Positions 37,211 to 52,539 of a stretch of DNA of 64,000 bases are shown in pieces. A program made the position numbers and the translations under genes. Below the pieces are notes generated by a model. It had not been told where the DNA came from. It did not search any database and saw only the letters and a list, made by a program, of their open reading frames with translations. Source of the stretch: the human T2T-CHM13v2.0 reference genome, Homo sapiens. The stretch lies in assembly GCF_009914755.1 (NCBI RefSeq), contig NC_060945.1, one strand, 5' to 3'. Position 1 is the first letter of the stretch. Each line of letters opens with the position of its first letter.

Positions 37211-38939
37211 AATAAAAACATAAAAACTAAAACTCCAGGTGAGGATTGTGCTGATTCTGCACATGCAACTGTTAATCCTTTGAAATGGTGCTGTTTCACT
37301 TGCCCTGCCTTAAGTCAGCTGGAAAAAATGGTTGGCTTTTGCTTTTCTAATTTGCAAGCCACATACCTTTTTCCTGGCCCTGCACACTGTCTCATCTTGC
37401 TTAGGAAAGGGGCTAGAGATTAGAAGGTGGCCTTGGAGGGGCAGGCCTTTCCTCTTGACCGACTTGGGCGCCATCAGGCTATCAGCAGAATGGCTGAGGC
37501 CAGGTTGGCGGGGGATCTGGGGTGATCCGAAAGCAGGACTATCTGGCCAACAGCAGCAGCAGTGTGGTGGTAGGAAAGACAGCACTGTCCTTTTTTCATT
37601 AAGTATATTTATAAACATACTGAACATGAAACATTTTTCCTTTCTTCACAGTGATGGATGATTATATGTCTATGAAATGTTTTCATTTATTTGGCGCCAG
37701 GGTAATCAAAATCAGTTGAAACTGTCCCACTGAAAGCAAAGAAAACAAGTAGGCGTGGGACGCCTGTGCTCCCTCCCTCATGCTCTTCAAGGGGAGTCGC
37801 TGGCAGAAGGGCTCGCTTTGGAGAGGAACAAGCCCTTCAACTCCTAATTGCTCCCAGTCCTGCTCATGGCTGCCATCCACGGAGGCTGCAGCTCTGCAGA
37901 GCTTTCAAAGCAATCGCCTCCACTCTGGAGGCAGTGTGAGAGCGTCGGGGCCAGCCTGTGCGTGACTCTGTTTAGGCTGAGAAAGAGCTGGTCCCAGAAA
38001 ACCTTTGTGAATGAAACGCTCGTGCTTTCATGTCTGCTCTGGCCTGTGTTCTGGGTCAGCTGTTGTGATCTCCAACATCCTGTTTAAACTGGTGTTTTCC
38101 ACTACATACAGACAAAACTATTTCTATTATAAGCTTCTAATGGTTGTGCAGAGAAAAGCAAGGGGATTAGGTAGGGAAGAAGGGTTGACCTGTTGGGAGA
38201 GAAACATAGACAGTAGATACATGCCTGATTCCTTCTTTTGATGGGGTTCTTTGGACAGCTACAGAACCCAGATCTTTGTTTTACAAATGTAGCATCACTT
38301 TTGAAAGGCCACCTTTTTGGTGAGGTTTATCTAGCCTAAACCATGGGATGATTTTGCTCACTTGTGGACATCTCTCTCTCTGTGGTTTTCAGTGCAGACC
38401 TGTTTATAGATGAGGGTTAAGGCCCTCAGAGGGTAGAAAACAATTTTCCTGATCTCCAACCATCACCTTTCAAGGAATTAGTTTGAATATTGGAGGAGAG
38501 AAGAGACTTCCACTTCTCAAATAGATTCAAGAACTCTTAAAAGTGAATTGAGAGAATTTCCTTTTATTTGTTTTCTTATTAAAATAAGCAGAGATCTAAC
38601 GGATGCTTTTTAAGCAGAGCAGAAAGGAATGAACCTCCCTTCTTGGCTCCTCATTAACATGGCACAGAAGGGCTTGGAGAGGATCCTTGGGACTCCCCCG
38701 CTGGGCACTGAAGTTATGGGCAAAGACTGACAGTCCATTTGTCTCATGTGAACTAGCGATACAGTGAAGAGATCAGATACATCCTTAACATTCCCAAAGC
38801 TCAATGAAATAGTAGGTATATGGTAAATTAGAACTAATAACTTATAGTCAAGTTCTGAATTGGATGGACTGAGGTCAAACTCATACAAGGTATTGGAAGA
38901 AGGAAGACTTAAACTGGTTGGTAACCACCAGTGGCCATT

Positions 38940-39380
38940 CTGCGAGTAAGTAGCCTTGCGTGGCAAAAGAGCTTCATGGATGTGATAAGAACCTTGAAAT
39001 GGGGAGATTGGCTTGGACTCTCTGGATGGGCCCAATGTAATCACAAGCATCCTTAAAAGTGGACTCGAGAGACAGAAGCATCAGTGTCAGAGTGGCATGA
39101 CATGAGAAAGACTCAACCACCCTTTGCTGGCTTTGAAGATGGAGGAGGAGTCCACAAGCCAAATAATGTGGGCAGCTTCTAGAAGCTGAATAAAACAAGA
39201 AAATGGATTCTGCCTTAGAGTCTCTGGAAAGGAATGCAGCCCTGCTGACCCCTTGACTTTAGCCCCATGAGATTCATGTCAAATTTCTAATCTGCAGAAC
39301 TGTAAGAGAATAAATTTGTTTTGTTTTAAGCCACTAAGTTTGTGGTTATTTGTTACAGCAGCAATAGAAAGTCTAATACA
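38940..39380 (+). mobile_element. MaLR LTR (MLT1D-like)
   Basis: GGGCCCAATGTAATCACAAG...TTTAAGCCACTAAGTTTGTGG...CAGCAATAGAAAGTCTAATACA. Confidence 0.88.
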
Positions 39381-41261
39381 CTGGGAACTACACCAGGAAA
39401 TTTACCTGGTTCATTTTTTGGAATCTGTGCAAACTGGCTAAATGGCACTTTGCATTTTCCAGTCTTCTTAAAGAGTACAAAATGTTGTGGAATCTGACTG
39501 CTTGAGCCTTTAAAAAAAATCCAGAAAATAAGAGCAATGTCTCAACCATTTTGAGTATATGGAACTTGGTAACATAGCAAGGAAAATCAAAATAAAAGAA
39601 ATCACCTCTACCAACAGATCAAAAAACCATTTTGATTTTTGAGTGTAACCTTTTAGAACATACTCATATCTAGTTTTAAGAAAATTATAACTGTATTTGT
39701 AGTGTAAAAATCACTGTCCTAGATAAACACACTGTGCTTATTTTATACTTTTTAGCTAAAGAAAATTAGTGACCTATCCTAAGGTTCTTAAATTTCGGAA
39801 TTTGGAGTTACTGAACTCTTCATGATAAGAAGGATAATTGGTTGATACATTTCACCTACAAGGGAGAAAAGATTTTTAACCTCTGCACCATGCCAGGGCA
39901 TGAAATTAGCATTTGTAAGTATGAAATTTGAATAAAAGTTACAACATTAAAAGTTTATCTGCCTAATATAGACACGGGCATCTTTTCTGTAGGGAGCAAG
40001 GAGCAAAGTTGACCATTGCTCCTTGCTACCAACACACCTACCCGTTATTTTTGTAAATTCCCATTTTTAGCTGTGAGCTTGAATGTGCCCAATTTCTAAA
40101 AGTAACAAAGGATGTAAATGTCAAATAATAGAGCACATTGTATCCAATATTTAAAATAGCTCCTGGAATGCTGAGGCAGTTTGAAAAAGACAAACACAGG
40201 GGTGTCAAAAATTTTTCTATGTTTCATATTATTTTTCCATAATTAAAAATTAGCTACTATGATTAAAAAATAAATCTGTAGCACTTATAAAAGAACACAT
40301 AAGAAAAGGATTCTTTGGTCCAAGAGAGATTGAGTAATTCTTGGGATGGTGACCCTGATTTCAAACGTTTGGCTTTTCAATTACTTGGTGTAAAATCTGG
40401 TACTTCTCTAAGAAAGGAACTGATTAATTCAGAAACAGGCAGCAACCAGCTTCCTCCCAGAGATAAGATGACATCACCCCAAAGTCCCAGACAGTATGGT
40501 AAATACAACTTCAAAATAGGCAATCACATTCACTGAAATGAAGTCCCTGCAGCCAACCACGATCACCCATCCTCTATCATCCCGCCTCATTACCTTAGCC
40601 TTCAGTGTCAGGATGAGCAAAGCTGGGGGCATCCGGCCAAGTCTTACACAAATCCCTAAGATATCTTTTATCTCCGGGTTAATAGATCATGTTAAGGATT
40701 TCAGTGGCAGAAACGGATCCTATGGACAATTTAACTCTGTGTCTTTCTAGCTAATACTTTTCCCTCACAGAGCCAACTGATTCATTTAGAAGAAGCCTTT
40801 TTATTTTCATAGAGCTTTCTTCCATTTCAGTTAGAATCTTATCTAAAGTGAGAATAAATTCTCAAATGTTTAATATGAACCAAGGAGAAAGAGGAGAAAG
40901 CCCCTTAAACAGAGTTCAGTTTAATCTGTAGAATTAATTGGTTTTGTTTGCAAGCAAATTACATATTTCAAAAATTATATATAAGATATGTTTAAGTATA
41001 TACATTTATGATATATTTCAAAAGGAGATCAACTACCATTCCCACTTGGTCAGTTCCCAGTAGACTCTGACTTCATTTCTGCCTTAGCTTCTTCCGGGCT
41101 TGGCCATGTTTGCACACACTTCCTTCCCTCATCTAGCATCCATCATTCTCACTGTATTCAATTTCTTAAAATATACACAAGACCTCATACACTCGCACAT
41201 GCACACAGTCACCTACACTCAGGACAAGCTATATCATTTTTGAGGTTTTGTATAGAATAAA

Positions 41262-41398
41262 GATGTGGGTTCCTGGTCCAAAACTTATTGAGAATTTCAA
41301 GATGGTGGCCAAAACACATTGGACCAAGCTCAAGGCCCTTTTGAGTGCAAGATACCCGCAGGCCCTTGCAAGGTCCATGCCCATGAAGTCCACGCCCT
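41262..41398. mobile_element. MER45A-like hAT element
   Basis: GAATTTCAAGATGG...GCCCATGAAGTCCACGCCCT. Confidence 0.65.
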
Positions 41399-41516
41399 TA
41401 CTGCATTAGTAGATGTCACAGCTACACATATGCACTCCCTCACAGGTACACAGCAGACAGCATTCTTAGAGCAACTGAGCTTCTACTTGTTGCTAAAATT
41501 TCCCTTTTAGTCCAAT

Positions 41517-41518
<2 letters not shown>

Positions 41519-41560
<42 letters not shown>
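41519..41560. repeat. (CA)21 microsatellite
   Basis: Read directly from the sequence. Confidence 0.97.
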
Positions 41561-41566
<6 letters not shown>

Positions 41567-42943
41567 GTCCTTTGATAGTGAAAAGCTCTTATTTTCTAAT
41601 AAGCACACAGGCTAAGTGACTTATCCAAAGTTGCACCAAATATGTTTTTCTTTCTTTTTTTAACTTTTATTTTAGATTCAGGATTTTTTTTCTGATTATA
41701 AGTAAGTATAATACAGCAAATTTGAAAAATATAAAGAAAAAGACACATTTACAACACATAAAATACCACCAATTAGGGATGACCACTATTTGTTTCAGTA
41801 TATGTCTTCTATTCCTCTATAAGTTTTTATGCAATAATTTCTATAGATTCTTTCTTTTTTTAGATATAAATTTAAATCATATTGCACATACTGCTTAATA
41901 TCCTTTTTTCATGTAGTAATACCACACAGACCTTTTCTGTATTATTAAGCATTCGTATAGAGCACTATGGTTAATAGTTACCTTATATTCTAGTATGGTT
42001 GGTAAAGAATCAGTTTAGGAACAAGTAAAAAAATCTTAGAGAAAAGATGACACAATTAGTACTAATTCCTTTTCATATCATAACTCTCTTACTTTAGGTA
42101 AAGAGAAAGATATTGGGGCTCCAAGAGTTTAAATAATTTGCTACAAGACACACAGCCATTAAAACAAAGATAGAATTTGAACCCAGGTCTGCATGATGGC
42201 AAAGCCAGCACAGAATCATTGTACGATGACAGTGACAGGTAATTTATAACTTTACTCAGCAGAAGGGCTCTGGGGTCAGCATAGCATGCAGAGCCTTGGA
42301 GATTTTCAAGGCCTGGCAGTTTCCCTGTTATTGGGAAAAGGCATCCAGGAAAACCTATGGAACTGAGAGAGAAGTCAGAGTCTCAGATGCATAGTGATGA
42401 CAAGTAATAGTCAGGAACCACTGCTGGGCCAAAGAAGTTTCACTCCGGAAATCATTTCCTAGTGAATGGGAATTCTTTTGGTCACAGAGAGTTGACTTCC
42501 CACATTAGGGAAATCTAGCAAAGATGGTTGTACGCTTATAAAAGCAAATGCAAGAATGGGGATGGGTTGACTTCCGCCTTTTAAAAAGCAGCGTTTGTGA
42601 TGAAGTCCCAAGTCATGTGGCTATTGGACTGTGTTCTTACCCTCCAAGTGAGAATTCAGGACAATTTTAGAGAAAATAGTCTTTTTCTTAATGTTTTCAG
42701 GAAAGATCACTTGAAAGGGATTTCCCTGATGTAATGTTTTTCACCTTCCATATTCATCCCCCTCCTGTTTAATCAGCTAGTTTCTTACTGATATCCTGAG
42801 TACCGGGACCCTAGTACAAAGGGGGACTGGAAAAGACTCCTGGCATAGGCATTAGATGAGGGGAATTTTATGATGAGTAAGGGTAGCCTACCATGCCTCA
42901 TCTTGACTACTAAAGAATCCCTTAAAAGGGAAGGCAATCGGGG

Positions 42944-43399
42944 GTGTCTTCATTTCCTGTAGGTACTGTGACAAATTACACAAACTTGGTTGCTCACAAC
43001 AACAGATATTTATTCCCTCACAGTCCTGGATGCCAGACGTCTGAAGTCAAGGTGTTGGCAGAGCTGTTCTCTCCTAAAAGCCTCAAGGGGAGAAGGCTTC
43101 TTCCCTCTTCCAGGCTCCGGTGGCTCCAAGTGTCCCTTGGCTTATGGCTGCATCACTCCAATCTCTGCCTCTTCATGTGACCTTCTCCTCTGGGTCTGTG
43201 TCTTTTCCTCTTACCTTGCTTATTAGGACACTTGTCATTGGATTTAGGGGCCTCCTGGATAATCCACAATGATCTCGTCTGGAGGTCCTTAACATAGTGA
43301 TATCTGCAAAGACCCTTTTCCCAAATAAGGTCACATTCACAGGTTCTGGGGCTTAGGACACAAACATATCTTTTTCGTGCCCACTATTCAACCCATTAG
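42944..43399 (-). mobile_element. MaLR LTR (MLT1C-like)
   Basis: TCTGAAGTCAAGGTGTTGGCAG...TTCCCAAATAAGGTCACATTCACAGGTTCTGGGG. Confidence 0.88.
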
Positions 43400-43989
43400 A
43401 GAGCGGGAAACTTAGAAGTTGATGTGTCCCAGGGAAACGCTGCTGAGCCCTCCTGGGTGTAGACCTTGGGCAGGGCCTTCTTTCCTGGATAAAACTCTGG
43501 AAAGGAAGAAAGGGCTTACACTCGGGGCTGTTTGGGTTACAAAGGTAGACAGGTCTCTGAGTGCTTCTTAGTTCTTTATACAGCAGAATGACATCTGTCA
43601 GTTCCAGAGGGGCATCAAGGTAGTTGAGGGAGAGAAATCCAGGCCTAAAGGGGCCTGGCAGATGGGACCACTCACCTGTGTGGCAAAGAAGATGTAGGGT
43701 CAGGTGGGGTGAATGCCCCCTCAGCAGGTTCCTGCCTGGAAATAGAGGGTTACTGAAGACCTGGGCCTCACTTTCCCAGCCCATGTCTTGGCATGGCATA
43801 GCCTTGGGACTGGGCATCTACTCTGGGCTAGAGGGCATTGCCAAACTGGAGGAGATGAGTTTTGAGTTTCATGGAAAGAATAGAGAGTCAAAATAGAAAT
43901 TGGTGATGTTACCTTTCTAACTATACTAGAGTTCTTCAGAGACACAGAACCATCAGAAAATCACATACACACAGAAAATCACATACACA

Positions 43990-44862
<873 letters not shown>

Positions 44863-44907
44863 GTATCTATAGACTTGACAGACCCACAACTAACACTCTC
44901 TCTTGTG

Positions 44908-45275
44908 GACCTGGCAGGTCTGAAGTCTGTAGGTCCAGCTCCGAGGCTGTAAATTCAGGTGGGAGTTGAGGTTGCGTTCTTGAGTCCAATTCTACAATGC
45001 AGCAGGATGGAAACTCAAGCAGGGCTTCTAAGGTGTAGTCTAAAGGAGAATTCCTTCTTCTTCGGGATCCTCAGGCTTCTCTCCTAAGGCCTTCGTCTTA
45101 GAAGAGATTGGCACCCACCCATATTATGGAGGATAATCTACTTTACTTAAAGTCTACTGATTGTAAATGTTAATTACATCTATACAATACCTTCTTCACA
45201 GCAACATCTAGACTGGTGTTTGACCAAACAACTAGGCACAGTAGTCTAGCCAAGCTGACACATAAAGTTGTCACA
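44908..45275 (-). mobile_element. ERVL LTR (MLT2-like)
   Basis: CACAGCAACATCTAGACTGGTGTTTGACCAAACAACT...AGCCAAGCTGACACATAAA. Confidence 0.8.
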
Positions 45276-47203
45276 CCTGCACACTGCAGTGCATAATGGG
45301 GTTTAAATTCAGACTTGTTTCTGAGCACCTAATAAGTGCCAAGCATGGTGCTATGTGTGCTGGAGACGTGAGAGTGGATGCCTTGCTTCTGTTAGCAAGG
45401 AGTCTTCAGTTGGACCAAATCACAGGGGAGGTCACAGCATCTCTAAGTGAGTAAAGGCTGTCGAAAGAATGTGGAGAAAGACTTCAATTGTCAGCCCAAA
45501 GAATCTGGGCTAAATTCCCCAGATCTGGAGAAAGATAGGTGAGAGCCAGAGAAAGTAGGGAGGCAGGGGAAGGAGGAGCATCCCAGGCAGAGAGGAAGCC
45601 TAAAGTAAAACAACAACAACAGCAACAACAACAACAACAAACCCCCATGAGCTTAAGAAGCTGAAATAAATTCCTGATGGGTAGAAAACAGAATGTTAGA
45701 AGGTGAAGGTTATGGGCGTGAACAGATGCGGCCAGAGGGCTGTGCTTGGGTGCTGACTGTCCTGTGCCTCCTCTGAGATGTTGCAGAAGTCAGGCCTTAG
45801 TTTGAGAGCACTGGGGAGCCACCAAAGGCTGTTTAGCTGGAGAGTGGCATGATCAGACTTGCCTTTTCAGAAGAGCGCTCTGATATTTTGTGCAGCTCTG
45901 CTATTGGAGGTGGAGGTCAGGACCTGGGCAGTTGAAGAATCCCTGTGAGAATGGCCAGAGTTAGGATAATGAGAGGGGCAGAAAGCACAATACACTTAAG
46001 AGTGCAAATCAGTGCAGATGGTCTTCATTCCATTTACAGATCACTGCTGGGGTCTGTGTAGATCAACAGGCAGAAACAAACTTTCAAATTTGTCATCCTA
46101 CCTGGGGATGGAATTGACACCCTTACACGTGCGTAGCATCTCTAATTGTCTTTCTACCAGCCTTCCTTCTCTTCTCCCCATCTATAGTTCTGGTTAGATT
46201 TAGTGATCATCGTTTCTCAAATGCTTGATGTCTAATCCAGAGCAAAGTAATTCTGTTCTTTTTAAGCACTTCTTGTGAATTAGTTAGTCACCAAAAGGGA
46301 GGAAAGGTAGACGATCATGTCAATGCAAACTGTTCTGCATTCTTGAATCTTTGCAGGGCTGCTCACAGCTCCAGGAGAACCCCTTCCCCACCTCACCCCA
46401 CCCACAGATGCTAGAATCTTCCCTGCTTACCCCTCTTCAGCAGCCCCTCGTCTTTCATTGAGAAGATGAAAATTGGAATGAATTGTAATTGAATGTTATT
46501 CAACCTTTCCATATTAAAGTGAACATGAGATCAAATTGTCGTTTTTCCCAAACTTTATGTCATTTTGTATTAGATTACTTTCCTCATGCCAGGACCTAGA
46601 GCTCATATGAATCCAAAATGGAAGGAATCTTTAAATTTTGCCAAGTCTATAATGTGAAGAAAAAAGAAAAAGACCTAAGTGAGGTGTATGTGAACGTGAA
46701 TGAAAACTCCAGCTTTGCCTTGGCATCAGGTTGAAATGAGCTCAGCCCACACTTGGCATTTGGGCTGCTCATGTCCTGAACTACACCTCCCAATTCTGTG
46801 AATTCTACCAAACCAGAAACATGATTTGCCAGATGCTTCCCCCACTCACTCCCAATGTGTGTTCTTTGTATGAAATGGAATCCATATGTTTCTTACGCAT
46901 TTACACTTAAATCATCAAGATGTTACTCAGTGATGCCTCTGTGATTTATAGATCTTTCAGTCTTTTTTTATTTGAAAAAGGAAAATCATATTTTGTAAAG
47001 TGTAGACTTGAAACCACAAATTTGTACAATGAAGAAAAATATACATCTGCTGTTTTCTTTCTTTTTGCTTCCAAGCTTCAAAGGGGGTATTGCCAACTTG
47101 CAAACACATGACTTACCAGAAGCATCTACACCAGCCGTGTGGGCCTGAGTCTCCAGCTCTGTCTTATTACTGCCATTGTCCCATGTCATGGGAGATGTGT
47201 GTG

Positions 47204-47883
<680 letters not shown>

Positions 47884-48211
47884 GTGTGTGTGTGTTGGGG
47901 AGAGCAGGATAGAGAAAGGGAGAGGAAAAGGAAGAAATTGATAAGAAGGAGGAAAAGGAGGGAAGATAGTAACAATGTTTCCAAGTAACAATGGAAAGTG
48001 GAAGAGAAGAATTAAAAATTTTGGAACGTGTAGAAAATTGATATATTCAAAGGTAGAGGAAAAGAAAACATCCTTGTCAGGAACAGCATAAGGTGGCCAA
48101 GTATTTAATCACCCACTCATTAGAAAGATATTTGCATAGTGACATCTACGTACTAGAGTGTGGCACAATAAAGATGGATGCAAATTATCTGACAGTCTTT
48201 TGATGGTTGTC

Positions 48212-48633
48212 TGCTGTGGTTTGGAAATGTTTCCCCTCAAACCTCATGCTGAAATTCAATCTCCAGTGTTGGATGCAGTGGGGTCTAATAGGAGACGTTT
48301 GCATCATGAGGGCATATCCTTCAGGAATAGATTAATACCCTCTTTCTTCAGGGGTGAGTGAGTCCTCACTTCATTAGTTCCCTCAAGAGCTGGTTGTAAA
48401 AAGAACCTGATGCCTCCCCACCATTCTTCTTCTCTTGCCATGTGATCTCTGCACACAACTGCTCTCCTTCACCTTGACCCATGACTGGAAGAAGCCTGAG
48501 GCCCTCACCAGTTGCAGATGCCCGATCTTGAACTTTCCAGCCAGCCAGAATTGTGACCCAAATAAACCCTTTTTCTTGATAAATTATCCAGCCTCAGGTA
48601 TACCTTTATAGCAACACAAAATGCACTAAGACA
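48212..48633 (+). mobile_element. MST(B)-type MaLR LTR
   Basis: TGCTGTGGTTTGG...TTATAGCAACACAAAATGCACTAAGACA. Confidence 0.88.
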
Positions 48634-49305
48634 CTATACTATTTCTCTTCCACTTGAATCTTAGCTGGCCTGGGGCTACTTTGACCAATGGAGTTTGGTG
48701 AACGTGATGCTATGCCATTCTGGACTTAGTCTTTAAGAGGACTGGTACCTTTTGCTTGGGCTTTGGCCTCTGAATCAGGCTGTCATGCTGAGGCCATGTG
48801 TAGGCCTAGTCAACAAGCCCATCTATGCTCCCAGATGACGGCGTCAGCTGCCAGCTTTGTGAGTGCGCCATATTGGATGTCCACCCCATTCAAGCCTTAA
48901 GATGTAGAGATTGCATTAGCATCTTATTACCCACTTCTCTGAAGCTCAAACATGGCTTTTCTGGAAAATCTTTGTAACATTAGTGATCAGAAGTATTTTG
49001 CTTATAGTCTGGATTTCTTAAAATGAAACTTCGGAAGTTTCGTGTCATCATCGGCATGCATAAATGACGTACATTTTTCCAGGCTGTTAGTCTTTTCCTT
49101 TTAATGACTCCATGTCCAAGTAACAATCATTCTCTTCTTAGAAACTCTTCTCATTTGCACTAAAGTGATTCTATTCAAGAGAGCTTTGCCAATATATTTT
49201 AATATAACCCTTACACTTAATATCTAACTAGTATGTATCTGTCTGTTTACCTGCTTATTCATCCATCTCATGTCTCAAATTTCAAATACATCTCCTATAT
49301 ATATA

Positions 49306-49339
<34 letters not shown>

Positions 49340-49589
49340 AAATACACATATGTACATATTCACACCTCATATTTTAATTTCATAGTTTCTTGAATGGATT
49401 AATGGATTCAGTTATTTTTGCCTTTCATTAATTTTTCTGGAAACTAGCTTTGTTTTGTTCTCCAGATTCCTTTTCTTTGACTTTGATATAAATCTAGAGA
49501 AAAGTTACCAGTGACTTATTAAATATTGACATCCCCCACCTACATTGATTCCTATACTTTTCTTTCTTCCCGCTAATTTTTGAGGGATA

Positions 49590-49800
49590 ATGATAATGCC
49601 TGCCATTTTTTAGTATTAGTATGTGCCAGAATGTAGGCTAATGTCATCACAAAGTTATCTCTTTCAATTCTCCTAACAACCCTTAGAGGCAGATATTATT
49701 TTTCTCATTTTACAGTTTGGGAAGCTGAGACTTAGAGAAATTCAGATACTTGCTCAGGGTCACATAGATAAAGTTAGAACCACGATTTGAATCCAGATTT
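49590..49800 (-). mobile_element. MIR SINE
   Basis: CATTTTACAGTTTGGGAAGCTGAGACTTAGAGAAA...CAGGGTCACATAG...GATTTGAATCCAG. Confidence 0.8.
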
Positions 49801-50294
49801 ATCTTGTGAGATCATAATATCCTGCCTTCCTGTCTTCTTATGTATACTGACTCACACAAAGGAATTTATTTGGTCATTCATCCAGTCGTCTCAGAAATTC
49901 CTCAGTCATCTTCTGTATTGCATAGTTTAGCTAAGCTATATTAGATGAAGGGCCAATAAAAATAAATAAGACATGTTCATGTTCGCAAGGAGCTTTTCTG
50001 AGCAAGAATCTGAGCCTTGTTTAATTTTATCAATAAAATGGGATTCTATATATTTCTTGCAATCTTTAATGTATGAATCAGGATAAGCTGTGTTATGATG
50101 CAGTAACAAGCAACCTCATGATTTCAATGATTTAAAACAAGGTTAATTTATTGCCCATGCTATTTATCTCCTGAGGCTTAGGAAGGAATTCTGTTCCATG
50201 TTGTTCTCATTTTCACCCTAAAATGCAGGACAGTTTAGACCAGTAATGGTCACAGTGGCAGAAGAAAATAACTCTGGGGGTCTCAATGGGGGGC

Positions 50295-50696
50295 TGATAT
50301 AGTTTGGATTTGTGTCCCCACCCAAATCTCATGTTGAAATGTAATCCCCAATGCTAGAGGTGGGGGCTGGGTGGGAGGTGATTGGGTCATGGGGGTGGTT
50401 TCTCATGAGTGGTTTAGTACCAGTACTATTGTTGTGAGTGAGTTCTCATGAGCTCTGGGTTGTTTAAAAGTGTGTAGTACCTCCCCCCTCTATCTTTCTC
50501 CTGCTCTGGCTGTAAGACACGCCTGCTGCCCCTCTGCCTTTCACCAAGATTGTAAGTTTCCTGAGGCCTCCCCAGAAGCAGAAGCTGTTATGCTTCCTGT
50601 ACAGCTTGCAGAACCATGAGCCAATTAAACCTCTTTTCTTTATCAATTACCAAGTCTCAGGTATTTCTTTATAGCAATGAGATAACTGCTAATACA
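50295..50696 (+). mobile_element. MSTA MaLR LTR (inside an older MLT1)
   Basis: TGATATAGTTTGGATTTGTGTCCCCACCCAAATCTCATG...CTAATACA. Confidence 0.92.
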
Positions 50697-51159
50697 GGCA
50701 CTTTACTTATACTCACAATGCATTGGCCAGAGCAAGTTGTATCCCACCACAGAGGAGCCAGGATGGGGAATCCTCTAGAAGGTGGAAGTGCCAGAAGAAG
50801 GAAGAACCAGAATATCTGGAAACCAGCACTAAGGACTACCATATATATGATAATTTAAGAATTTATAGTCCAATATATGGAAAAACTTTAAAAACAGAAA
50901 ACATTTTGTGCCTGAAATATTATCAGTGGCATGAAATTCTATGGGGAAATTTGATAATTCTGAGATTTTTTTTCACATTCCTTCTTTCAGGCTATGTTAA
51001 AGGGGCAAAAAAGGATATTTACTAGAAAGGTTATTATGAGTCCTTTATTTTTTGCTTTTTCAATCTATCAGACACTGCTTCAGCTAACAGCTCTGAAGGA
51101 CCAGCCAGAGGTGGACAAATCCTGCTATCAATAACAAAACGAAAAGCTGAGTAGAGTAT

Positions 51160-51160
51160 G

Positions 51161-51208
<48 letters not shown>
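51160..51208. repeat. (CA)n microsatellite
   Basis: Read directly from the sequence. Confidence 0.96.
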
Positions 51209-51211
<3 letters not shown>

Positions 51212-51744
51212 TGAGTAAAGACTCACTAAAATGGACTAGATTTGAGGGTTCAGTATCTTAAAGAGAAAGCCTGCTCATTGAGGGAAAGAGAAACCTGCCA
51301 TTCTATGCTGATTTTCCCCTAAGGCTTTTTCCTGTCCATATCCTGGGCAAAGAGGCTGAGCAAGTGAGTCAGGAATAACTCAGTGGCAAAGAGGAAGAGA
51401 CTCTGAGCAGAGCTTTTGTGAGTCTCGTGGCCCCAGGGAGACAAAAATTGATGTTCAGCCCTGCTAAGGCAACCAGGACTTGAGGGATCAAAATTCCAAA
51501 GGAAAGGGAAGCAGAGAGAAATGAGACCAACACCCTGAGCTGCTTTTCTCGTAAAGTTTTTGGTTGATTATTAAATTGTTCCTGCTGAAAGGTAGATAAA
51601 CTGAGTAGAAATCAGTTGCTAAGAGGCCAAAAACTTGATGCAGAATTCTTGGATATCTCATGATACTGCAGTGAAAAAAATGTGGTTCAAAGCCTGCCAA
51701 AGGAGAAGAGCCTAGTTATTAACCCAGCTGAAACCCGTGAAGTA

Positions 51745-52087
51745 CAGTCAGACCTCCCTAATGGTGGGTTCTGCGTCTATGGATTAAACCAATTTAGGAC
51801 TGAAAATACTCAGGGGAGAAAAAAAGGTGGTTGTTTGTATTGCATATGTACTGACCTTTTTTTCTTGTCATTATTTCCTAAACAATAGGCTATAACAACT
51901 AACTACATAGCATTTACATTGCATTAGAATTTATAAGTAATCTAGAGATGATTATATATATAAGAGGATATGTGTGGGTTATATGAAAACACTATACCAT
52001 TTTACAAAAGGGACCTGAGCATCTGTGGATTTTGGTATTTGCTTGGGGCCCTAGAACCAATTCTCCGTGGTTACTAAGGGCTGATTG
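51745..52087. mobile_element. MER2 (TcMar-Tigger) with TA TSD
   Basis: TA|CAGTC...GATTG|TA ends; TATAAGTAATCTAGAGATGATT and GAGCATCTGTGGATTTTGGTAT. Confidence 0.88.
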
Positions 52088-52539
52088 TACTATATTTCAG
52101 GAATAAGGGCAAGCCAGAAATTAGATAAAGCCTTGTAAGACTAAAATCCAATTTGAAACCAGCTCAATTTCTGATTGGATTAAGGGATCTGCCTCAAGAA
52201 GACAAAGAAAATCCTTTTTGAAATTACATAAAATAATTCAGAAATTTTACATGATTTTTCATAGTGTTTAGGATTTAATAAACAGTACCAGGCATATCAA
52301 CAAACAAAACCAAGAAAGAAGAAAAAAAATGAAAATTACAATATCTGATTTAACCGTGTCACATATGTGATTACTAGGAGATCACACAGCTGGAGAGCAG
52401 ATTTGTTGTTTAGAATGTAGGCCAGTAAAAAATTTTCAAGCTGAGGCAGAGAGGAAAGACTTCTATGCAACAAACTATGAAATGCTTTTGTGGGAAAGTA
52501 AAAAGAACATAAAAAAGAAAAATAAACACAAGAAAATAA

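Noticed and set aside
43954-43989. Short tandem duplications (18-mer here, 26-mer at 63271-63320, about 20-mer at 33665-33712) as CRISPR-like arrays
   Set aside because: Only 2-3 adjacent copies with no spacers; ordinary slippage in eukaryotic DNA.
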